The position numbers were made by a program, and so were the translations under genes. Positions 53,701-59,974 of a stretch of 64,000 bases of DNA are shown here, piece by piece. The stretch lies in assembly GCA_001917905.1 (NCBI GenBank), contig MNEX01000110.1, forward strand, positions 526 through 64,525, read 5' to 3'. This DNA is from Acidobacteria bacterium 13_1_40CM_65_14. Its GTDB lineage: Bacteria; Acidobacteriota; Vicinamibacteria; Vicinamibacterales; CAVVIG01. The first letter of the stretch is position 1. Every line of letters starts with the position of its first letter. Below the pieces are notes generated by a model. That model did no database searches. It was given only the letters and a program-made list of their open reading frames with translations, and had not been told where the DNA came from.

Positions 53701-54767
53701 CGGCGGCGCCGGTCCGCGCCGGCGGACGCGAAGGCATCGTCACCGTCCCGCTCACGTCGCGGCAGCAGGAAATCGAGCTGCAGATCGACGAGCTCGATCG
53801 GCGCGTGTTGTCGGCGGCGGTGCTCTTCAGCCTGCTCGGCGCCGCGATCGGCTACTGGATGGCCGAGCGCATCGCCGATCCCGTCAGCCGTCTCACCCGC
53901 GCCACCCATAGGATTGCGCGTGGAGACTTAGACGCGCGCATTGCGACGACGTCGACCGACGAGCTGCGCCGTCTGGTGGAGGATTTCAATCGGATGGCGG
54001 AGGATCTCAAGCGCCAGCGCGCCGAGCTCGAGCACACGCAGCGCATCGAGGCGTGGGCCGACATGGCGCGCCAGGTGGCGCACGACATCAAGAATCCGCT
54101 GACGCCGATCCAGCTGTCGGCGGAACATGCGCGCCGCGTGAACATCGATCGCGGACGTCCGCTGTCGCCAGTCCTCGACGAGTGCGTGAACGCGATCCTC
54201 ACGCAGGTGAAGCTGCTGCGGCAGATCGCGGCCGAGTTCTCCAGTTTCGCGTCGGCGCCCAAGCCGCGGCCGGAGCCGACATCCGTGTCCGCGCTGCTTC
54301 AGGAAGTCGTGGAGCCGTACCGGGCGGGACTCGAAGGCCGCGTGACCATCGAGGTCAACGCGCCGCCGGATCTGCCGGCGGTCAACATCGATCGCACGCT
54401 CTTCGCGCGCGGCCTGACGAACATCATCGAGAACGCACTGCACGCGATGCCCGGAGGAGGAAAGCTGACGATCACCGCCCGTCAGCAACGAGCCTCGAGC
54501 AGCGAACCCAAGCAATCCTCGGTGTCCGACTTTAGCCGGACCGTGGTCGTCGAGGTTTCTGACACGGGCGTCGGCATGGATGCCGACGACCTCGCGAGGA
54601 TCTTCGAGCCGTACTTCTCGACCAAGGCGACCGGCACCGGCCTCGGCCTGACGATCGCCAAGCGCAACGTCGAGTTGATTGGCGGGACGATCGAGGTGCG
54701 CAGTCAGCGCGGCGTGGGAACGACGGTGGTCATTACGCTGCCGCTCGGAAGTAGCGCAGCCCTTTAG
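50790..54767 (+). CDS. Large multi-TM sensor histidine kinase (NtrY-like: HAMP + HisKA + HATPase_c)
   Basis: The GTG at 50790 is preferred, because the longer ORF start lies in element B. HAMP VSRLTRATHRIARGDLDARI, H-box MARQVAHDIKNPLTPI, N-box NIIENALHAM and G-boxes DTGVGM / GTGLGL. The sensor region is about 900 aa with many TM helices. Confidence 0.85.
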   Translation: MSVILRVARAGLVAALLVALVGWASERQRFGSSDQAALARVERELRQRFDASADTLGSLAARVASNREAFGAAPRDAAEVKRLFDACAAAIPSDQAGRTGISIYDPTAAPLAWAGRVSDLPRARIDGPAALFVAPGALGPRLIRIEPVMNGDRSSAVRLATVVVEQTLGTAAGAPGPADSFVLATSIAPAAVRTPLPISNQQSIRNPQPAIRTDSTGPYSFVIPSPNGGVLVEAAVSPQDLASARDGWSRGVRATVISVLGVTLLLCAWPTVELRRRTPSARTFLLATAATIAMLLAARFTFWIAAAAVVDALGAGSPLNLLLTALTTAALAWLAIDLIERRRLARPRPRVLTPSLPVGALWTAAFAMAGLAGTWLVWLYERIVQRVISHTDLDLLHFSLHPISAARLGLTCALVLLDAAIIWSAAAMIRVPALVSRPPRSRTWRAGAAVAWMAGVVLATFVLRLPGPPVPVGPLWIAMLAAGVSAIVLARIGSKLRRASQAARLVAVFLALLVPAVAMYPSLFAYATEAKELLIAGEYGPQALRQRDDLKLRLAHTLDQIDALPTLRQFVTASGISNGAAGPAPTTDRAFFVWSKTDLATYRLTSAIELYGANGRLVDRFSNLPEYTAAPYFATSCSWEPVAEVSPFGSAIRQVLRASRGICERGRPIGAIVVRAMLDYRTLPFISSQSPYLESLRPNREARAEGVFGRDVEFVVYGWSRAPLFSSGTSVWPLPDRVFERMVESREPFWDELERDERQYRVDFLNDRGGIYALGYPVITWFGHVINMAELVTLTGVLYLALLLGATLFNLLTSRTPASGRALLREVRSSFYRKLFLAFWAVAVVPVAILAIGTRTYVAAQLRASTEEAAARTVTVAQRLVEDYASLQQRGPGSLTTIDDQIMVLVRRAIDEDVNLFDRDHLQATSARDLFATQLLPMRTPGDVYKTILLDRMPTFVGEEQVGDLTAYRLAAAPVRAGGREGIVTVPLTSRQQEIELQIDELDRRVLSAAVLFSLLGAAIGYWMAERIADPVSRLTRATHRIARGDLDARIATTSTDELRRLVEDFNRMAEDLKRQRAELEHTQRIEAWADMARQVAHDIKNPLTPIQLSAEHARRVNIDRGRPLSPVLDECVNAILTQVKLLRQIAAEFSSFASAPKPRPEPTSVSALLQEVVEPYRAGLEGRVTIEVNAPPDLPAVNIDRTLFARGLTNIIENALHAMPGGGKLTITARQQRASSSEPKQSSVSDFSRTVVVEVSDTGVGMDADDLARIFEPYFSTKATGTGLGLTIAKRNVELIGGTIEVRSQRGVGTTVVITLPLGSSAAL
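51378..51427. repeat. Single-arm tandem heptamer array (CAATCCG-type) in frame inside the kinase sensor region
   Basis: ccaatctccaatcaacaatcaatccgcaatccgcaacccgcaatccgcac encodes PISNQQSIRNPQPAIR. Confidence 0.7.
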
Positions 54768-54790
54768 AGCGCATTGCAGAATCAAGCGCT

Positions 54791-54876
54791 CCACCACGGA
54801 GGACACGGGGGACGCGGAGGAAAAATCGTGTTTTGGACAGGGTTGACCCTCCTGTCCTCCGTGTCCCCTGTGGTGG
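54791..54876. repeat. Hairpin CCACCACGGAGGACACGGGGGACGCGGAGG / complement, downstream of the kinase
   Basis: Arms at 54791-54820 and 54848-54876. It is a sequence homologue of 36267-36352, including partial loop similarity. Confidence 0.85.
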
Positions 54877-54937
54877 CGAGGTAATTTTCAACGCTCTCTT
54901 GGGGCGGCCGCGGGCAGTCCCCTGGCGGCCTTCGCGT

Positions 54938-56776
54938 TCATCGTCCCTCCACGGTGAACGCGATCAGCACGTTGCCGCTCTTGCCGCCATACGTCGGATA
55001 GCCCGACGTCTGCAGCACCACGCCCTCCGCAATCGCCGGTCCGCCGACGTCGATCGAGCCGCCATGCGCCGTCACCTTGTTCACCGTGTCGAAGTCGCGC
55101 GCGGTGTCGAAGTCCCAGAGAACACGGCCGTCCTCCGCTGAATACGCGCGCAGATGGCCATCGACGGAACCGGAGAAGACGACGCCGGGAATCGCCGTGA
55201 TGGCCGCGGACTGAGCGGGGCTGCACATTGGCCGATCGCCGCACACTGGCGCGGCCGCATTCCAGATTTTCACGCCGTCAGTGAGCCGCAGCGCAAACAG
55301 CCCGCCCCCGATCACTGGATCGAGCGTGGTCATGCCGATCACGACGGGACCGCCGGTTCGCTTGAACGATTGATCCGACAGCGCCACGTACGCCTGCCGT
55401 CCGTCGGTGGCCGATCCCCACTCGACACCGCCGAGCATGCCGCCCTTGCCGATACGCGTGCTCCACAGCACCTTGCCGGTGTTCGCGTCGAGACCGTGCA
55501 CGACACCCGATTTCTGACCGACGATGAGACGCCGCTCGCCTGTCGGCAGCGTGACCAGCATCGGCGGCGATCCGAAATCGAAGTCGGGTCCGTTCGAGGC
55601 GGGACAGTTCGCGGCATCGATGCCGCCGCACGCGAGGTTCCACGCGTCGCCGGCCGTCAGCTGACTCACCCACTTGATCGCGCCCGTATCGAGATCGAGC
55701 GCCATGATGGCATCGCTGGTCGGCGCCGCTGGCTCCGAGTAGCTGTCGCCGGTGCCGATGTAGATCGTCTTGCGCGCGACGTCGATGGTCGGCGACGACC
55801 AGACCGACGCGCCCGACGGTCCGTAGAGCTGCGTGCCCGCTTTGTTCTTGATGGTCGGCTTCGGCGTCTCGCCGATCGTGTACGTCCTCCAGAGCTGGTT
55901 CCCGTTGCTCGCGTCGAGCGCGATGACGCTGCCTCGGAACGTGCAGCATGGATACTTTGGATTGGCGCCGGCGAGCTCTTCGAGCGAGGACATCGGCACG
56001 TAGAGGCGGCCGTCCAGGAATTTCGGCGTCCCGGTGATACGCGCCACCGGATGGTCGTCGCCCCGCTTCTTCCAGCGAAGCTGTCCGGTCGCGGCGTCGA
56101 GGCTGTAGATGTTCGCGGCCACGTCGGCGAAGAACACGCTCGGTGTCGCTGACCCCCGTTCGCGGCCGACCGTCGTCGCCGTTCGTACCTGGGCGTCGGC
56201 GTCGAAGGTCCAGTACGCGCAGCCGTCGCTCAGGCTCAACGCGTACACGCGCCCCGACGAACTGCCGACGAACACGCGCCCATCGACAATGGTGGGCTGA
56301 ATCGCCGCGGAGGTGTCGCCGGCGAAACCGAACGTCCACTTCACCTTCAATTTCGGAACGTCAGCCGCCGTGAGTCCTGCGCCGGGCCGCGGCTGGTAGC
56401 GATCGTTGGTGAACCCTGCGCTCCAACTGTCCCACGCGCTCGGACGCGCGTTGCTGAACGCGGCGGGCGCGCGCGTGCAGCGCGGCGCGGTCACCGGTGC
56501 GGTCATCGAGCCAAGCGGCTTGCCTGACAGGAAGACGGCGATCGCGCGCCGCTGATCGTCGTTCAGCGCACTGCCCTGTGCGCGCATCAAACCGGTCTCG
56601 AGCGAGGCGACAAGGCGCTCCGGCGTCATCTCGCCAAGCGCGCGACGGGCCGGCGCGCGAACCACGCCGCCGTCGTGGCAGACCGCGCAATACTGACCGT
56701 ACAGCGCGGCGCCGTCCTGGGCCAGCGCCGGCACGGCCGTCAACACGAACATCGTCGCGCACGCACTGCGAACCAT
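54938..56776 (-). CDS. Cytochrome c domain fused to a PQQ-like beta-propeller (quinoprotein dehydrogenase-like)
   Basis: Signal peptide, heme motif CAVCH, then about 500 aa of propeller repeats (e.g. DAATGQLRWKK, DLDTGAIKWVS, DANTGKVLWST, AEDGRVLWDF). Confidence 0.75.
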   Translation of the reverse strand: MVRSACATMFVLTAVPALAQDGAALYGQYCAVCHDGGVVRAPARRALGEMTPERLVASLETGLMRAQGSALNDDQRRAIAVFLSGKPLGSMTAPVTAPRCTRAPAAFSNARPSAWDSWSAGFTNDRYQPRPGAGLTAADVPKLKVKWTFGFAGDTSAAIQPTIVDGRVFVGSSSGRVYALSLSDGCAYWTFDADAQVRTATTVGRERGSATPSVFFADVAANIYSLDAATGQLRWKKRGDDHPVARITGTPKFLDGRLYVPMSSLEELAGANPKYPCCTFRGSVIALDASNGNQLWRTYTIGETPKPTIKNKAGTQLYGPSGASVWSSPTIDVARKTIYIGTGDSYSEPAAPTSDAIMALDLDTGAIKWVSQLTAGDAWNLACGGIDAANCPASNGPDFDFGSPPMLVTLPTGERRLIVGQKSGVVHGLDANTGKVLWSTRIGKGGMLGGVEWGSATDGRQAYVALSDQSFKRTGGPVVIGMTTLDPVIGGGLFALRLTDGVKIWNAAAPVCGDRPMCSPAQSAAITAIPGVVFSGSVDGHLRAYSAEDGRVLWDFDTARDFDTVNKVTAHGGSIDVGGPAIAEGVVLQTSGYPTYGGKSGNVLIAFTVEGR

Positions 56777-56804
56777 ACGAAGCCTCCGGTGCGCGGATTA
56801 TATC

Positions 56805-56841
56805 GGGGGATGGGCGATCGGCGATCGGGTGATCGGCGATG
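56805..56841. repeat. GGCGATC-type tandem array immediately downstream of pssA
   Basis: gggggatgggcgatcggcgatcgggtgatcggcgatg. Confidence 0.7.
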
Positions 56842-57687
56842 TCAGCGCGCAGCGCTGTCGCGTGCGGGGGGTTCGCTCGTCGAGACAGGCAGACTGCTGT
56901 CGGACACCTGGCCGCGTCCACCGCGATACTTGAAGCGCGTGATCGCCATGCCGACGAACGCGGACGCGAGATAGCTGTACGCCATCACGACGAGCACGAA
57001 CCGCGGATGCGTGGCGACCGCCACGATACCGGCGGCGATGAAGATGAGCACGGTGTACGGCTGACGAGCCCGGAGGTCCAGCGTTTTGAAACTGCGGAAA
57101 CGAATCGTGCTGACCATCAGGATCGCGGGCACGAGCACCATCGCCAGCGCGGGCAGCGCCTCGCGATAGTCGAAGAGGCCCCACGGGTACGCGTAGACCG
57201 TCGCGGCCGGAACCGCGGCCGCCGCCGGGCTCGGCATCCCGACGAAGTACCGCTTGTCGCTGCCGGACATGCCTTGAATGTTGAACCGCGCCAGCCGCAT
57301 CGCTGCGCAGGCGACGAACATGAAGCCGGCGGCCCAGCCGAGGCGGCCGAGCGAATTGAGTCCCCACGCGAACGACAGGACGGCCGGCGCGATGCCGAAT
57401 GAGATGACGTCGGCCAGCGAGTCGAACTGGAGACCGAACTCGCTCTCGGCGCCCATCAGCCGCGCGATGCGGCCGTCGAGCATGTCGAGCGCGAACGCGA
57501 AGCCGATGAACGGCGCCGCCGTCTCGTACTCGCCGCGCATCGCGTACACGACGCACGCGTAGCCGCAGAACATGTTGCCCATCGTGAACAGGCTGGGCAA
57601 CAGGTACACACCACGGCGGAACCGGCGCCGCGGCCGGTGCGCCCCGCGCCGCAGGAACCTCAGTCGTCCTTCAGGATGATCAACCAC
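56842..57687 (-). CDS. pssA: CDP-diacylglycerol--serine O-phosphatidyltransferase
   Basis: CDP-alcohol phosphatidyltransferase motif LDMLDGRIARLMGAESEFGLQFDSLADVISF. Confidence 0.85.
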   Translation of the reverse strand: MVDHPEGRLRFLRRGAHRPRRRFRRGVYLLPSLFTMGNMFCGYACVVYAMRGEYETAAPFIGFAFALDMLDGRIARLMGAESEFGLQFDSLADVISFGIAPAVLSFAWGLNSLGRLGWAAGFMFVACAAMRLARFNIQGMSGSDKRYFVGMPSPAAAAVPAATVYAYPWGLFDYREALPALAMVLVPAILMVSTIRFRSFKTLDLRARQPYTVLIFIAAGIVAVATHPRFVLVVMAYSYLASAFVGMAITRFKYRGGRGQVSDSSLPVSTSEPPARDSAAR

Positions 57688-57696
57688 AGCTGTAGC

Positions 57697-57715
57697 GCAG
57701 GCCTTTCAGGCCTGC
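57697..57715. repeat. Hairpin GCAGGCC-TTTCA-GGCCTGC between psd and pssA
   Basis: 7-bp stem. The flank GTAGCGCAGGCCTTTCAGGCC resembles 33950-33977. Confidence 0.65.
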
Positions 57716-57717
57716 CG

Positions 57718-58344
57718 TCAGTGTAGCAGAGCGATCACGGTCTCGCCGGCGCGGACGATGTCGCCAACCTTGACCGTCATGGTGGCGGTCATCGGCACAA
57801 ACACATCCATTCGCGACCCGAACTTCATGATGCCGAAACGCTCGCCGGAGCGGACGTCGGCGCCCTTCTCCACACGGCAGACGACGCGCCGGGCGAGGAT
57901 GCCGACGACTTGCCGCACGACGACCGTCTGCCCGTCGTGATCGATCCAGATCTCGCTGCGTTCGTTCGCGCTTCCCGCGTCGTGGCGGTATGCGGGCAAG
58001 AACCGTCCGGGAATATAGCTGACGCTGGTCACGCGTCCGGACACCGGGATGCGATTCACATGCACGTCAACCGGCGAGAGGAAAATACTGATCTGCTGCC
58101 ACTCGCCGGGCGGCGCCGATTCCTTCAGCGCGGGGCCCGCGTGGATCACGCGGCCGTCGGCCGGGGCGAGCACGGCATGCACTTCGGTGGGCGGTACGCG
58201 CTCGGGGTCGCGGAAGAAGAACGCGAAGAACGCGCCGAGCGCGACGAATGGAATCGCCAGAAACCAGGCGACGGCTGCGCCGGCCACGAAGGCGAGCAGC
58301 AGCGCGCCGCCGATGAACGGGAGCCCTGCAGGATCGAAACGCAT
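57718..58344 (-). CDS. psd: Phosphatidylserine decarboxylase (short, membrane-anchored form)
   Basis: Two N-terminal TM helices, FFRDPER, and a GS cleavage-type motif in MKFGSRMDVFVP. Located upstream of pssA. Confidence 0.8.
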   Translation of the reverse strand: MRFDPAGLPFIGGALLLAFVAGAAVAWFLAIPFVALGAFFAFFFRDPERVPPTEVHAVLAPADGRVIHAGPALKESAPPGEWQQISIFLSPVDVHVNRIPVSGRVTSVSYIPGRFLPAYRHDAGSANERSEIWIDHDGQTVVVRQVVGILARRVVCRVEKGADVRSGERFGIMKFGSRMDVFVPMTATMTVKVGDIVRAGETVIALLH

Positions 58345-58413
58345 CGGGTGATCGCGTGATCGGCGATCGAGGTCGACCGCGTATGCGATCGCAGATCACC
58401 CGATCGGCGATGG
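58345..58413. repeat. Hairpin with GGTGATCG/GGCGATCG-type arms immediately upstream of psd
   Basis: Left arm CGGGTGATCGCGTGATCGGCGATCGA, loop GGTCGACCGCGTAT, right arm GCGATCGCAGATCACCCGATCGGCGATGG. Confidence 0.75.
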
Positions 58414-58414
58414 C

Positions 58415-58642
58415 TTACGCCTGCTGGCGATGGCGACGGAGGATGTCCTCCATCCGATCTTTTAACTGGAGCTTGCGCTTTTTGAGGGTGACTTCTTCGA
58501 GTTGTTCGGGTTCGGAAAGGTAATGCTTGGCGGTCAGTTCATGCAGGCGATCTTCAAGTTCGTGATGCTTGGCGGCGAGTTGGTTGAATTCGTGGTCCGT
58601 CTGCAGCAGCTGTGCTTTCAGATCATGCGGCTGTGCATTCAT
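58415..58642 (-). CDS. DUF465 (YdcH-like) small coiled-coil protein
   Basis: The start MNAQPHDLKAQLLQTDHEFNQL follows AAGGAGG. 75 aa, with LSEPEQLEEVTLKKRKLQLKD typical of the family. Confidence 0.75.
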   Translation of the reverse strand: MNAQPHDLKAQLLQTDHEFNQLAAKHHELEDRLHELTAKHYLSEPEQLEEVTLKKRKLQLKDRMEDILRRHRQQA

Positions 58643-58763
58643 GCTCCGCCTCCTTGGACATCGATTAAGCGGGGAACTCGAGAACGGTGGAGAGGGCCGT
58701 GCGGCTGCATCAATTCCGAGTATGTGACGAGCCGAAAGTACCACAACGATACCGGCGTTTCAA

Positions 58764-58830
58764 CCCCAACAGCTGAGACCCCAACAGCTGAGAGCTGATT
58801 GCCGAGAACTGAGAGCTGCGGCTTTCAGTT
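58764..58830. repeat. Perfect 15-bp tandem duplication (CCCCAACAGCTGAGA x2) followed by the hairpin AACTGAGAGC-TGC-GGCTTTCAGTT
   Basis: 58764-58778 is identical to 58779-58793, with a hairpin at 58807-58830 just 3' of the rimI stop. Confidence 0.8.
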
Positions 58831-58833
58831 TTG

Positions 58834-59313
58834 TCAGCCATCAGCGAGCCCCTCACGCCAGAGGACCAGGGCGTCTTCGACCGGCTTGGTGTAATACGCG
58901 CGCCGCACGCCCGCGACGGAGAATCCGAAGCGTTCATACAGCAGACGCGCGGGATCGTTGGACCGGCGAACCTCGAGCGTGGCTCGCTGCGCGCCCATGC
59001 TGCCGCCTTCCCGCAGGACGTGACGCAGCAGCGCCGTCGCGACGCCGGTCCGCCGGGACTCGGGCTTCACGGCCAGGTTGTTGATGTGCAGCTCGTCGAG
59101 CACGCGCCAGAAGGAGCAGAAGCCGACGACGTGCCCTGTCGCGTCGTGTGCCAGAAAGCAGTACGACACCCCACGGTTCTCCAGCTCCGCAAGGTACATG
59201 TCACGGGACCACGGATTCGTGAAAGACGCCTCCTCGATCGCCAGGACGTCGTCGATCTGATCGGGGTCGGTCAGAGGTTCAATCCGCACGTCGGTCTCTC
59301 GCCACCTCAGCAT
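58834..59313 (-). CDS. rimI: Ribosomal-protein-alanine N-acetyltransferase
   Basis: GNAT fold with NLAVKPESRRTGVATALL and LEVRRSNDPARLLYERFGF. Coupled to tsaB (TGATG overlap). Confidence 0.85.
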   Translation of the reverse strand: MLRWRETDVRIEPLTDPDQIDDVLAIEEASFTNPWSRDMYLAELENRGVSYCFLAHDATGHVVGFCSFWRVLDELHINNLAVKPESRRTGVATALLRHVLREGGSMGAQRATLEVRRSNDPARLLYERFGFSVAGVRRAYYTKPVEDALVLWREGLADG

Positions 59314-59921
59314 CAGGGCGCCTTATATATAAAGGATGCAGGCCCGCCGCGTCGACGGTTTCTCCGCGGCGGGCCGACATCCGCGAACAGCACCGCGCCG
59401 TCGCCCATCACATCCACACGCTCTTCGCCGATCTGCCGGCGCCATCGCGCGATCGTGGACGCGGGATCGCCGACCGTCGCGGCGTCCACTTCGATCACAT
59501 GGTCACGCTCGAAGAGCGAAGACGAGGTGACGCGGAACAGCGACGCGAAGACGTCACGTCGATGCGCGTCCATCCACGCGGCGACGTACGCGCCGGGCTG
59601 CACGTCTCGACTCGCCAGCTGGCCGAGCGCCTCGAGCGCCGGCACGCCGACGATCCGCGTCCCGCCGACGAACGCGAGTCCCTGGATCGTCGCGATGCCG
59701 ATGCGCAAGCCGGTGAACGATCCGGGACCGGACGCCACGGCAAACAGATCCACATCCGCGAGCGTGCGATCGTGCGCGTCGAGGAGCGCCAGGATCTCAG
59801 CCGGCAAACGCTCGGCATGCGTGCGCGCCGCGTCGCCGCCGCGCTCGTCGACGACGCGGTCGTCCTCGACCATCGCCGCGCTTCCCGCGCGCGTCGTCGT
59901 GTCCAGTGCCAACACTCGCAT
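59313..59921 (-). CDS. tsaB: tRNA threonylcarbamoyladenosine biosynthesis protein TsaB
   Basis: MRVLALDTTT and VASGPGSFTGLRIGIATIQGLAF. Confidence 0.85.
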   Translation of the reverse strand: MRVLALDTTTRAGSAAMVEDDRVVDERGGDAARTHAERLPAEILALLDAHDRTLADVDLFAVASGPGSFTGLRIGIATIQGLAFVGGTRIVGVPALEALGQLASRDVQPGAYVAAWMDAHRRDVFASLFRVTSSSLFERDHVIEVDAATVGDPASTIARWRRQIGEERVDVMGDGAVLFADVGPPRRNRRRGGPASFIYKAP

Positions 59922-59974
59922 CTCGTCAGCTCCCGGCGCTCGTAAAGGTGACAGCTAGATTAGACTTTAAGCAT

